A stretch of 33,682 nucleotides of DNA, from UHGV virus genome UHGV-0018978, one strand, 5' to 3'. Shown here piece by piece: positions 1 to 9,222 of the stretch; position 1 is the first letter of the stretch, and every line of letters starts with the position of its first letter. A program made the position numbers and the translations under genes. The stretch comes from a virus. Under the pieces are notes generated by a model. It was not told the origin of the DNA. It made no database searches and saw only the letters and a program-made list of their open reading frames with translations.

Positions 1-675
1 CCTGAATAGCTTAGTGTTTAGTCGCTTTTTTGCGCGCTTATTCAGGAACCTGATGTAGCGATACTGATTAAATTTGTGTACCACGGCCCGCTCCTTATTA
101 GCCCGCAAATACACGCCTCGTTGCCCTCCACGCTTAATCGCGTTCATCGTTATCTCGTGATACCACTCACCATCCAGCTCGTAGAACGTGCTTTCATGGC
201 TGCCAATAAAATCAAAATTCGACGCCTGATATACCACACCAGCGCGTCCGCAGCGTTCGTCGGCAAAAGACTGAACCCACTCCACTGACGGATACAGTAG
301 TCTGATGGTTTTTAGCGCGTAGCTGATGGCCCGTGATTCAGAGTTGCGGGGCATGTCGTCGTGTAGCCACATGCGGTTCAGTTCCATATAGCCCCGGTTA
401 TCCGTTTCAAGCACGACCCGACGCCCTGAGTTGGGGTTAAGGGCATATCCCCACTGAAGAACGCCAACCAGATCACGTCCGCTGAATACGCCCAGATGCA
501 GGTAGGAGTTATTCACAAAACGGCGGGAATAGTGTTTTGTCTGAATGATTGTGCGGGCCAGCCAGCAGGATATGGTTTCAACGCGCAGTTCCCTTGAACC
601 ATAGCCGACAATACGGCCTTCATACTCAATAACGCAGGGTTTTGTCAGAATGCGTGATTTCTTCTCTTTTCCCAC
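1..675 (-). CDS. mom: DNA modification protein Mom, C-terminus truncated by the window start; start codon uncertain (probably non-AUG, e.g. GTG at 673-675)
   Basis: Open minus-strand frame from about 675 to position 1 with no stop, beginning inside the 3' end of com as in Mu. No in-frame ATG; a GTG with GGAG 7 nt upstream is the best start candidate. Identity rests on position and overlap with com. Confidence 0.6.
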   Translation of the reverse strand, partial: MGKEKKSRILTKPCVIEYEGRIVGYGSRELRVETISCWLARTIIQTKHYSRRFVNNSYLHLGVFSGRDLVGVLQWGYALNPNSGRRVVLETDNRGYMELNRMWLHDDMPRNSESRAISYALKTIRLLYPSVEWVQSFADERCGRAGVVYQASNFDFIGSHESTFYELDGEWYHEITMNAIKRGGQRGVYLRANKERAVVHKFNQYRYIRFLNKRAKKRLNTKLFR

Positions 676-811
676 AATACAACTCCGTGGGATGCTCCTG
701 GGCACTCGATATGACAATGTAACGTTTACAGCGAGGGCACTTAATTTCTATATGCTTAAAACCTCCTTTAAACAGTAATTTATTGCAGTTTTTACAGCGA
801 ACAGAGTCCAT
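626..811 (-). CDS. com: Com, zinc-finger translational activator of mom
   Basis: Translation [33 protein letters not shown]...[16 protein letters not shown] has the Cys4 pattern and closely matches my recollection of Mu Com. ATG at 811 has a GGGGG Shine-Dalgarno upstream; the listed 81-aa ORF from 871 is probably an N-terminal over-extension. Confidence 0.8.
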   Translation of the reverse strand: MDSVRCKNCNKLLFKGGFKHIEIKCPRCKRYIVISSAQEHPTELYCGKREEITHSDKTLRY

Positions 812-935
812 GTTTCCCCCTGTGTTATAACCAGATATGACCGCCCGGAGGGCTGGGGGATATTTAATCATAATTGATGCAAACCGACGATCGATATAAT
901 GATATCGATCGTCATAAACTATACAAAATGATTGC
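812..935 (-). promoter_or_regulatory. com-mom regulatory region (candidate Pmom) containing a 28-bp palindrome with two GATC sites at 886-913
   Basis: Intergenic gap between the chaperone stop (936) and com start. Sequence gACGATCGATAT-AATG-ATATCGATCGTc has 12-bp arms, each with a GATC (889-892 and 907-910). In Mu the mom promoter is controlled through clustered Dam sites. Confidence 0.5.
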
Positions 936-1505
936 TTAATCGCCTGATGTGAACGCTCTTACCTCGTCCAGGGTGGACAGCAGGGAAAGCTGCGCTTTCA
1001 TCTCTCGCTGGCGCTGATAAATTTCATCATTGCGATCAGCCTGCGCCTGAACCATTGCCGTAAGTAGTTCATCCAGTTGTTGCATTGACAACTTTACCTG
1101 CTGATTTTCCGCATCACTCCATACCATGGTTTTCGGTGCCGTGACTGATTTTGCTGACATCACCATCGGGTAAAGACGGGCCATCGAATCCGGTCCCCCG
1201 TTCCAGCTATGACCGTTCCATTCGAACGTGAACGGCTGCGCCTCCTGTTCTGTACGCCATTCTTCTATTTCCTGACGTTTGGCTGCTTTTACGGCCTCCA
1301 GCAGTTCTGGTGTCACGACGAACGGGGTAATCTCACCCCATCTCCCGCTTTGCAGTTCCTGCCAGACTCGCTGCCCTGTCTCTGCTGTATCAGTGGCAGT
1401 TGCCGTATACGGAACAGGGGCATCCATGCCATCAAACAACACCTCGCAGTCAATCGCGCCATTCTCAAGATAACGCGCATTTTCAATTCGTTTTATCTGC
1501 ATCAT
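936..1505 (-). CDS. Tail fibre assembly/chaperone protein of the second fibre module
   Basis: 189-aa ORF immediately downstream of the large fibre gene, 4-bp gap. Assignment is by position and size; the sequence is not a typical Tfa/U-type chaperone. Confidence 0.5.
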   Translation of the reverse strand: MMQIKRIENARYLENGAIDCEVLFDGMDAPVPYTATATDTAETGQRVWQELQSGRWGEITPFVVTPELLEAVKAAKRQEIEEWRTEQEAQPFTFEWNGHSWNGGPDSMARLYPMVMSAKSVTAPKTMVWSDAENQQVKLSMQQLDELLTAMVQAQADRNDEIYQRQREMKAQLSLLSTLDEVRAFTSGD

Positions 1506-1509
1506 CTAC

Positions 1510-2949
1510 CTACATAATACGGACAAACAGACCTGTTATCGAAGTACCTGCACTCACTTTAGTTGTGGGTTCCCCTGACAGTGCCACAAACGTCCCTGCC
1601 ATTGGATACGCCGAAGGCGGTGCAATTACAATCTGCGGAGTTGAGGTGCTCAGGCCATTATGGCTGTACGGCGCTGTAACAGAAATGGCAGCAAGTCTGG
1701 AGCCTGACACACCGCTTCCCCTGAAAATTCTTCCGTCTTCATCCATGTCATTTATGCAGTATGCGGCAAACACGACCCCGCCAATTCCTGGATAACCGTA
1801 ATTATTGGCTCTTCCGGCGATGGAACGTAGCGTATCCGCAATCCCTGTTTCACCCAGCTTCAACCTTTCCCAGCCAGTCAGATAACCATTACCTGTTGTC
1901 CAGTAACGGTTGTAATAAATATCGCCATTAATACCGTAGAAAATAATGACCTTTGCTGTATATCGCGGTTCCGGTGGATTATTGCGTACCTCAACCCAGC
2001 GGATGCTGACCACCCCGTTAAACAACACACCTCCGGATATGATTTTACTGCCACCATCAACAAAATATTCACCCGGCGTCGCATTCCTTGCCCAGGACAG
2101 AAAATCATCCTCTGTGTTAAAACGGATACGCTCTGCGGGCAAAAAAATATGCCCAAAACCAAATGCGCCAGGTGTCGCCAGACAGCCTTCAGTCCGGTCA
2201 CGAATGTCGCTCTGTGGCGTCATCGTGGCTGCGCTTTTCAGTCCAAGATTATCACGGGATTCCTGCTGAGCCTCTTCACCTTCATCAGCCAGCTCTGACA
2301 GGCGATTCGCCGTTTTCAGTGTCGCAGATAACGCGGTGTCAATATCCTCCCTGACATGCTCTGCATCAGATGCAGCCTGTTTAGCAGCTTCAGCGTCCTT
2401 TTTTACCTCCTCGGCGGCATTCTCAACCTGTGAGACCAGATTTTCGGCCTGTTGTTTACCCTCCGCAACCGCGTCGGCGTTCTGCTGAACACCTTCCGCC
2501 AGTTTTTTTACCTCTTCTTTTGCCCGGGCGGCAGCGTCTGCATGTTGCCCTGCCTGCTGCTCGCTTTCTGCTGCGGCTTCCGCGCTCTGCTGCGCCTGCT
2601 GTGCCAGTTCCTCGTATTTCTTCAGGGATTCCGGGCGCAGGTCAATATCGGTTGCGCCCAGAAAATCATTCAGCGAACCATCCGCTGAATCTTCATAAAC
2701 GCGGATGACACCGATTTCTGAAAGGCGCTGTACACTCTGCGTCAGGCGAACGCTGTACACGCCCGGCAGAACGGGGAAGTTATATTCCCCATTCTGTGTG
2801 GTGACGTGACTGAAAACACCTTTCAGAATCCCTGCACGGTTGTGCAGGGAGGTCAGTGTAATGGTTGCGCCGCCCAGCGGTTCTCCCGTGGGCGTTTTAA
2901 TCACACCTTTAAGCTGCGGCATCGGGACGCTCCGGCCAGTTGATGGCAT
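1510..2949 (-). CDS. Tail fibre protein (second fibre) with a central Ala/Glu/Gln-rich coiled-coil region
   Basis: 479-aa ORF. N-terminal beta-rich segment, then a long A/E/Q/K-rich segment (roughly DNA 2262-2622), then a Gly/Tyr/Asn-rich C-terminal domain. This architecture is typical of phage side tail fibres. Confidence 0.7.
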   Translation of the reverse strand: MPSTGRSVPMPQLKGVIKTPTGEPLGGATITLTSLHNRAGILKGVFSHVTTQNGEYNFPVLPGVYSVRLTQSVQRLSEIGVIRVYEDSADGSLNDFLGATDIDLRPESLKKYEELAQQAQQSAEAAAESEQQAGQHADAAARAKEEVKKLAEGVQQNADAVAEGKQQAENLVSQVENAAEEVKKDAEAAKQAASDAEHVREDIDTALSATLKTANRLSELADEGEEAQQESRDNLGLKSAATMTPQSDIRDRTEGCLATPGAFGFGHIFLPAERIRFNTEDDFLSWARNATPGEYFVDGGSKIISGGVLFNGVVSIRWVEVRNNPPEPRYTAKVIIFYGINGDIYYNRYWTTGNGYLTGWERLKLGETGIADTLRSIAGRANNYGYPGIGGVVFAAYCINDMDEDGRIFRGSGVSGSRLAAISVTAPYSHNGLSTSTPQIVIAPPSAYPMAGTFVALSGEPTTKVSAGTSITGLFVRIM

Positions 2950-3475
2950 TAAAGGAGGCTTCGTCAGTAACGGTGCTTAAATCCAGCGCCTTCACCGCTT
3001 TGATATATTCCATCCACTGCGTAAGACGGACTTTGTCATCGTCGCTGATGGTGCCCAGCTCCAGCTCGGTTTTCCAGTCGGAAGTGATTTCCTTTGCTTC
3101 ATTCAGCAAGCGCTGACGTTGCTTTTCTGCCAGTTTCGAATAATCAACAGGAACTGGCAGTACTTCGCCATCCCGGTAATACCAGCTGGCTTCGATGCCA
3201 AAACCCTCCGGCAGCTCGTCCACTTCCACAATAGTGAAGCCAGCCGGATAAAGACGGGACACGTCTTCCGCCATCGAATAAATCACGCCGGTTTCCGGGT
3301 GAATACACAATTTGTATTTCTTCGTGAATTTATCCAGTGATTCATAAAAATCCTGTCCGTCTTCACTGCGGAAATACTGAATGTTTTCACCATAAGGCAT
3401 CTCTTCCGGGTAATAACGCGTGACGTTTCTGAGTTCCATTATTTTCTCCTTAATTAGCCGGATACCGTTCGCCAT
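2909..3475 (-). CDS. Tail fibre assembly protein, Mu U / lambda Tfa-like
   Basis: 188-aa ORF directly after the first fibre gene. Assignment is by position, size and a resemblance to Tfa/U chaperones judged from memory, not from an alignment. Confidence 0.75.
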   Translation of the reverse strand: MANGIRLIKEKIMELRNVTRYYPEEMPYGENIQYFRSEDGQDFYESLDKFTKKYKLCIHPETGVIYSMAEDVSRLYPAGFTIVEVDELPEGFGIEASWYYRDGEVLPVPVDYSKLAEKQRQRLLNEAKEITSDWKTELELGTISDDDKVRLTQWMEYIKAVKALDLSTVTDEASFNAINWPERPDAAA

Positions 3476-4263
3476 CCGCCATTGATATAAATCTGGGTTT
3501 GTTTGTAATACACGCCGCCGATGTTATCCGCAGAACTTCTGCCAGTATCCTGAACGTTAATACCTGACAAAATACACCCTGAAGGCGCGCGGAATACCCA
3601 GGAAATTTCGTTACCACCGGGATTGTGAAACACTTCTCTGGTGTATCTGAAATCACGTACTGCACCAGAATCGGTGCTGCTGATGGTGATATCTCTGGTG
3701 CCATCAAACAGCACATTGTTAATCCTGCGGGCCGTCTGAAGCCGGGTTGCCGTTCCGGCATTGCCGCTGATATTGCTGATGGTGATATCCGAAGACAAAG
3801 CCATACCGTTGACCCTGCGGGTATTCGGTACAGCACTATTGGCTTTATTTACCGTGTCACGTAATGAAAGTGCATCGATAATTTCACTGGCTGTGTTTTT
3901 CCCGAGAATACCGCGCACAAACGCACTGAGCGGCGTTAATGCCATTGTGTCTTCGCCCGTAAAATACGGGAATGTATTATTCTGACCGGTTAATCCGGCA
4001 ATAGCTCCGGCTGAACCACTGTTCGTAATAAACAGTTTTTTCAGCGCTGTCATAATCTGGTCGGTTGTGTTTTTATCCGGTTTGATATTTGCCTGCCGGA
4101 GAATTTCCAGCAGTTCAGACTGAATAATATTAAACCAGTCCGGCCCCGGATACGTGGGCGGAATACCGTTCCCGCCTTCGGTGAAATAAAGCGTCGCCAT
4201 GCTTGATACCGCCGCGACAGGTGGCATCACCGGCACACCCGTCGGGTTATCCACATAAAACAT
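3454..4263 (-). CDS. Tail fibre protein, Mu S-like but short (269 aa)
   Basis: Sits immediately after the gp48-like gene and before the U-like chaperone, the position of S in Mu. N-terminus MFYVDNPTGVPVMPPVAA is of the fibre N-terminal type. Confidence 0.7.
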   Translation of the reverse strand: MFYVDNPTGVPVMPPVAAVSSMATLYFTEGGNGIPPTYPGPDWFNIIQSELLEILRQANIKPDKNTTDQIMTALKKLFITNSGSAGAIAGLTGQNNTFPYFTGEDTMALTPLSAFVRGILGKNTASEIIDALSLRDTVNKANSAVPNTRRVNGMALSSDITISNISGNAGTATRLQTARRINNVLFDGTRDITISSTDSGAVRDFRYTREVFHNPGGNEISWVFRAPSGCILSGINVQDTGRSSADNIGGVYYKQTQIYINGGWRTVSG

Positions 4264-4266
4264 AAA

Positions 4267-4851
4267 TTATTCTCCGGTGTAATAATATTCATATTCCGTA
4301 CCCGCCAGCCGGTAATGCTTCAGCAGGCATTCCAGCTCTCGGGTCCGTTCGCTGATTAATGGCGTCATAACGTCATCAATACAGGTAAACCGCCCGGCAT
4401 CGTTGTCCGGGACTTCCACTTTCAGCAGCCAGCGATACCGTGCCGGATGCAGCGGGTACATGCAGTCACGCAGGCAGTGGTGCGGCAGAACGGCCGTCAC
4501 CTTAATGGTGAAGCCCAGCGCCGCCGCTGCGGCTTCAATCTGCCAGGTTGCCAGCCCGCCTTTGCGGCGGTATTTCTCCACCACGGCCCGGAGGCGGGCT
4601 TCCGTTGTGGTGGCGGCAATTCCGCATTCCGGCAGCGCCAGATATTGCTCCCACTCCGGCAGCAGCTGGAGCGTGGTTTCCGGTCGCATCTCCACATGCA
4701 GGCGCGAGGCGTCGTATTCAACGCGGGTTAAACGCTCTGCAAGCGCCCTTAAAAAACGGTTTAAATCTGCATCGTTATCACGCGGCCATGCCTTACCCCG
4801 TGGCATGATTTGTTGCAGTGCGGTCAGCCATTCCGTCACGCTGTGAGCCAT
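4267..4851 (-). CDS. Tail/baseplate protein, Mu gp48-like
   Basis: 194-aa ORF between the J-like baseplate gene and the fibre gene, matching Mu synteny. Confidence 0.6.
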   Translation of the reverse strand: MAHSVTEWLTALQQIMPRGKAWPRDNDADLNRFLRALAERLTRVEYDASRLHVEMRPETTLQLLPEWEQYLALPECGIAATTTEARLRAVVEKYRRKGGLATWQIEAAAAALGFTIKVTAVLPHHCLRDCMYPLHPARYRWLLKVEVPDNDAGRFTCIDDVMTPLISERTRELECLLKHYRLAGTEYEYYYTGE

Positions 4852-5912
4852 GTCACCTCCCCGATGGTGATAAGCTCATCCATATCACTTGTGGTGTCTT
4901 CCCCGATGTTGAGGAAGTAATCCGTGATACCGGACGTCATACCGATGGCCGTGCGCAGCGAGGACACCGGCAGCATCTGACCGGGGGCCAGCGTTTTCTG
5001 TAATGCGGTCAGGTTTGCCCGGACGGCGTTCCTGTTCGCCTGGCTGTCTGGTGTCAGACGGATGGACAGGTCGATTTTCTTCAGTCTGACCTGTACCGGC
5101 CAGACCTCAATGCCGCCCGGTTTGCCCACCATAACGCCCGTGGCAGGGTGTTTGTGACAGAACAGATACTGCTCCATTGTCTTCAGGTCGTCCCGTGTGG
5201 GGATAATGTCTTCACGGTCATCATAAAGCCATGCCAGCCCGACTGTGCCGGGGCCGTGCCACGCATCCCATGCCCACGCGCGGCTGACGCCCGGTACTTC
5301 ACGCGCCCAGATGACGTAATCATGCAGTGCACCGCCCACCGGGGGATTGCGGCGCACATACAGCAGACGGTCCAGCAGCTCTGCGATGGATTCAATATCT
5401 GCGCCGCCGGTGATGCCACTTTCAGTCACCGCGCCTGTGCTGCCCGTTCCGGGCAACGGGGACAGCAGGGTCAGAACCGAACCGGCAGCAAGATTGCCCG
5501 CCACACCGGCTTCTTCAGCCTGCACGATGACAGTGACCTCGCCGTCCTGTACCTCGCCGGATGTGAGTACCTGATACACCTGATTCGTGTCGGACTGCAT
5601 CCGGGTTTCTGCCGGAATGGGGGACTGACTGGTGAAGGTCACCGGTCCGCTGGCAAAGGTGGCCTGCTTGCGGATAACCCCTTCATACGTTGCCGTTTTG
5701 ATAATGGTTTCATCATCAGACGCGGTGGACGGAATTATCTGGTCCTTAATCCAGCTCTGATGGTCGTATAAATCCCGAACCTGACTGCTGAATGACACGT
5801 TCAGCGCCTGCTCAACACTGACAGGCGGCAGCTTTTGCAGGCCGAGTTCATACGCAATATCTTTTTCGCCGTCGGCAATCAGTTTGCCCAGCGTGGGGAT
5901 TTCATACGGCAT
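4836..5912 (-). CDS. Baseplate J-like protein (Mu gp47-like)
   Basis: 358-aa ORF in the baseplate cluster; size and position match baseplate J family. Confidence 0.65.
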   Translation of the reverse strand: MPYEIPTLGKLIADGEKDIAYELGLQKLPPVSVEQALNVSFSSQVRDLYDHQSWIKDQIIPSTASDDETIIKTATYEGVIRKQATFASGPVTFTSQSPIPAETRMQSDTNQVYQVLTSGEVQDGEVTVIVQAEEAGVAGNLAAGSVLTLLSPLPGTGSTGAVTESGITGGADIESIAELLDRLLYVRRNPPVGGALHDYVIWAREVPGVSRAWAWDAWHGPGTVGLAWLYDDREDIIPTRDDLKTMEQYLFCHKHPATGVMVGKPGGIEVWPVQVRLKKIDLSIRLTPDSQANRNAVRANLTALQKTLAPGQMLPVSSLRTAIGMTSGITDYFLNIGEDTTSDMDELITIGEVTWLTA

Positions 5913-6354
5913 TAATGGTGGCCTCCCATCGGCGGGTGATTTCGATTGTGAGCGTGGTTTTGTCCGGGCGGGTTAACACCACCTGAAAGGCAATACAGTC
6001 AGGGATGATGATGCTGGCCGTGACGGTGGCGTTACGGGCGTAACCGGCCCGCAGCAGCGGTTGCATGGACAGCCTCGCGTAATCCTCCACACGCAGGCGG
6101 ACGTCTTCCGTCAGCTTTTCGCGCTCAAGCAGCCACAGGCGGGAACCCCACGAAAAATCGCTGTACGTGTCGCCCGGCCAGCCGCGCGGGTCGCCGGAGC
6201 TGTCAGGAATGACGTCATCGTCATCAGCACGGGCATCGGTGAAAAGGCAGATAAGAACCTGAGTGACCAGCCCCTCATCCAGTGAGAGGCCGTTATGGGT
6301 GACGGTGATGTCACCCCGTGAGAGCATGTTATTCCAGCGGATTCCTGTCGTCAT
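5902..6354 (-). CDS. Baseplate protein, Mu gp46-like
   Basis: 150-aa ORF in the conserved position between the V-like and J-like genes. Confidence 0.6.
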   Translation of the reverse strand: MTTGIRWNNMLSRGDITVTHNGLSLDEGLVTQVLICLFTDARADDDDVIPDSSGDPRGWPGDTYSDFSWGSRLWLLEREKLTEDVRLRVEDYARLSMQPLLRAGYARNATVTASIIIPDCIAFQVVLTRPDKTTLTIEITRRWEATINAV

Positions 6355-6887
6355 ACGGGCGGTGATGTATTCTCATTGTCGCCGTCCTTATGAATGTGTT
6401 CGATGAATGATTTACCGTTGATTCTGACATCTTCAGTAAATTCACAGGGACCGACGAATTTCATTTGTTTACCGATAATATTCAGCAATTCGTCGGCGGT
6501 GAGATTTACCGTTTTCCCTGAAACGTTTAATTGTTCTCCTGTGATTTCAATAATTCCGCCTTTCCTTAACGTGATATGTGATTTGCCGTCCTGGTGATAC
6601 AGCCGGACGTCGCCGGTGGACAAGCCTTTAGGGCGACATCGCTTATCCTCCACCGCGATGGCAACCAGCCCGTCACGCCGTCCGCCAACGGCCAGCACAA
6701 TGGCTTCAGAACCTTCCGGCGGAACGGAAGTAAACCCGTAGTTCTGGAAGCGTTCCACGTCGTCGTCAGTGGCATCTGCCAGCGTCTGGATTTGCAGGTT
6801 CTGCCGCTCCAGACTGTCAGACACCATGCGGACAACGGCACGATCAACCAGCAGCCGCAGACGGCGGGCAATGGCGTTTAATCCCAT
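6351..6887 (-). CDS. Baseplate assembly/spike protein V-like (Mu gp45-like)
   Basis: 178-aa ORF in the synteny position of the Mu baseplate spike. Confidence 0.6.
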   Translation of the reverse strand: MGLNAIARRLRLLVDRAVVRMVSDSLERQNLQIQTLADATDDDVERFQNYGFTSVPPEGSEAIVLAVGGRRDGLVAIAVEDKRCRPKGLSTGDVRLYHQDGKSHITLRKGGIIEITGEQLNVSGKTVNLTADELLNIIGKQMKFVGPCEFTEDVRINGKSFIEHIHKDGDNENTSPPV

Positions 6888-7948
6888 GTGGCCACCGCCT
6901 TTGTTTTCTTCGTCTTCGCTTTCATTTCCGGCATATCCAGTGATTCAGGCGGAACCAGCGCCAGAACCGTCATCCGCCCCTGTGCGCCATCCGTCCAGGT
7001 CACCCCGGATATCAGCCAGGTGGTTTTCAGGTTCTGAATGCTGTCGTCGATATCGACAAGGCGGTTGGTCTGCCACAGCGGGCCGCTGTCGCCCTGTTCG
7101 CGCCAGCCTGCCACCGTGATTTCCGTCGTGCGGGATTCCCCCAGCATCCGGGCTTTGTACCATTCCCCACGAATGCTGGCCCCGCCCACGGTCAGGCTGT
7201 CTTCATTGACCAGAATGCGCGGGCGGTAACGGTTAATTTCCGGGTCTTCGGTGATGTACTGGCGACCGCCCACCATCGGGGCAGGCTGGCTGTCCCACAG
7301 TTTGCCACCGGCACTGGTGGTGCCCTTGATGATGTACTGGCTGTTACGCTCCCGCCAGCTGAAGCGCCCACGGGCTGCGAGGATATTTTTCCCCAGCACC
7401 AGTGACACACCCGCGCGAACGGAAGAGGCGCGGGTGATAATCAGGTTACCCGCCCCGTCAGACGTCAGCAGAACGCCGCGCTGTTTTGCCAGCCGGTCGA
7501 GCAGTTCAAAACCCGTTTCACCCTGTTCCAGAACGACGGACGCAAACGCCTCCCCGGTCGGGGTTTCCGTGATGACGGTTATCCCGAACGGGCGGCAGAC
7601 ATCAGCCGCCACCTGTTCAAGCCGCACGCCTTTCCATTTCCCGGACGAATGCACCACAGAGCAGTCAACCAGGTCACCGGTTTTGTCGCGCCCCATGACG
7701 CGAATCTCCACGTTATCTGCGTCATAGCTGGGGATAAAATCATCGATATACCCTGTCAGCACGGTATCCGCACCCAGCCTGACCGTGCAGGGTTGCCCCT
7801 CACGAATCACGCGCGGTGCCGCCGCTGACCAGCGGGTTGTCACACTGAGATCAAACTCACCGGCAATCGCCTTCAGGGAACGGCTGACGGACATTTCCGT
7901 CCAGCCTTCCCACAGTTTGCCGTCAACGGTAAGAATCACGGATTCCAT
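6878..7948 (-). CDS. Tail protein, Mu gpP / P2 gpD (late control D) family
   Basis: 356-aa ORF downstream of the DNA circulation gene; size and position fit Mu gpP. Confidence 0.6.
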   Translation of the reverse strand: MESVILTVDGKLWEGWTEMSVSRSLKAIAGEFDLSVTTRWSAAAPRVIREGQPCTVRLGADTVLTGYIDDFIPSYDADNVEIRVMGRDKTGDLVDCSVVHSSGKWKGVRLEQVAADVCRPFGITVITETPTGEAFASVVLEQGETGFELLDRLAKQRGVLLTSDGAGNLIITRASSVRAGVSLVLGKNILAARGRFSWRERNSQYIIKGTTSAGGKLWDSQPAPMVGGRQYITEDPEINRYRPRILVNEDSLTVGGASIRGEWYKARMLGESRTTEITVAGWREQGDSGPLWQTNRLVDIDDSIQNLKTTWLISGVTWTDGAQGRMTVLALVPPESLDMPEMKAKTKKTKAVATWD

Positions 7949-9222
7949 CAGTCGGTAATCTCCACAGGTTGCGTCGGCAGAATGAATGACGGATGGCGCA
8001 GGCGGTTACGCTTCACGATTTCATCCCGTCGGCTGGTGTCACCATGCTCGCGCCATGCCAGCAATGCGGCAGATGTGGTTGTGGTCAACGTCACCTGCCG
8101 GGTTTCCGGCAGACGGGCGGCACGCTCGCGGGCATCCGTAATCACGGCCTGCCGTAAATCGCGCAGCGTTCGCCACAATGCCCGCTGGTTATTTTCCACC
8201 GCCGCCACCGCCTGCTCATGAAGTTCAGCCGCCAGCGTGTCACCGGCAGATAACGCCGCATCACTGGTATCGAACGTCATCGAGGCCACAGCATTTGCCT
8301 GTCCCAGCAGGGTTTCCAGCACAACCACCTGGCGGAAGTCGTCAATGTTCTTCTGCAGGCTGACAGATACCGGCTGATAATCCGGTGACAGCCCGATAGC
8401 AAAGCCAATTTCGCCGTCTGCCACGCTGCCTGGCTTCACGGTGATATCTTCCGGCAGTGCGCCGGTGGCAACCTGTCGGGCGCGTTCTCCGGCCCACTGG
8501 TTGCGTAATGTCGTGTAAACCGCCAGTGCTTCGGGTGGTTCCGTCACCAGATCAACCACGCCGTCGATGAACGAGGACAGCTCACTGACCAGGCGCCCCG
8601 GCGTGGCAATAATGGTTCCGGCCATCTCCTTAAAATGGTTCAGCCTGTCCATCCACTGATTCAGTGCTGCCGGTAGCGTGGGCAGGTTAGCCACAAGGTT
8701 TTCCATATCGGCCAGAAAGCTGTCGGCCATCTCACCCAGCCCGTCGAGTGCGCCGAACCAGTCGCCATCGTCAATGGCGGCTTTCACCGCATCAATGCCC
8801 GTCAGCACTTCCTGCTGCGTGTTATCCGCCGCAGACGGGAACAGGCGCTCGCCTGCCTCAAACACTTCAAAAGTGACATACGCAATGCCGTCTTCCTCCG
8901 TGCTGAGGCGATGGGTGACCTTGCCAACCTGTACGGTCTGTATCCCGAACCACGGGTGGATAAGCTCGCCGGGGCCGGGGGTATTGAGCGCGTCTAAAAG
9001 GGCGTTTAAATCATCCCGGAAGTTTTTACCTGGCAGCTTTGCGTTAATCTGCTGTTGCCCCGGAACGGCCCCGTTATCATCCGTCCAGGCGGTTTCACTC
9101 CGGGGGTAAGCACGGGGAATAGCCCTGCGGCCACCGGTGCCTTCTGTATCCACCAGAAAGAAGGGAACGCCGCGAAACGAGGCGTCGCGCAGCCCGTCCC
9201 ATTTGCCATTGCCTGTTGTCAT
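7948..9222 (-). CDS. Mu-like DNA circulation protein
   Basis: 424-aa ORF directly downstream of the tape measure gene, as in Mu-like phages. Confidence 0.55.
   Translation of the reverse strand: MTTGNGKWDGLRDASFRGVPFFLVDTEGTGGRRAIPRAYPRSETAWTDDNGAVPGQQQINAKLPGKNFRDDLNALLDALNTPGPGELIHPWFGIQTVQVGKVTHRLSTEEDGIAYVTFEVFEAGERLFPSAADNTQQEVLTGIDAVKAAIDDGDWFGALDGLGEMADSFLADMENLVANLPTLPAALNQWMDRLNHFKEMAGTIIATPGRLVSELSSFIDGVVDLVTEPPEALAVYTTLRNQWAGERARQVATGALPEDITVKPGSVADGEIGFAIGLSPDYQPVSVSLQKNIDDFRQVVVLETLLGQANAVASMTFDTSDAALSAGDTLAAELHEQAVAAVENNQRALWRTLRDLRQAVITDARERAARLPETRQVTLTTTTSAALLAWREHGDTSRRDEIVKRNRLRHPSFILPTQPVEITD

Noticed and set aside
76-288. 70-aa plus-strand ORF at the window start
   Set aside because: It lies antisense to the open mom reading frame and has no ribosome-binding site or recognisable motif; most likely a spurious frame.
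812-871. N-terminal extension of com (81-aa ORF starting at 871)
   Set aside because: The extension MIKYPPALRAVISGYNTGGN precedes the internal ATG at 811, which has a strong Shine-Dalgarno and gives the 61-aa Com size; the extension lies in the regulatory region.
936-4263. A gin-type DNA invertase or integrase between the fibre genes and com
   Set aside because: No ORF with serine-recombinase or tyrosine-recombinase features is present in any frame here; the only gap (812-935) is too short.
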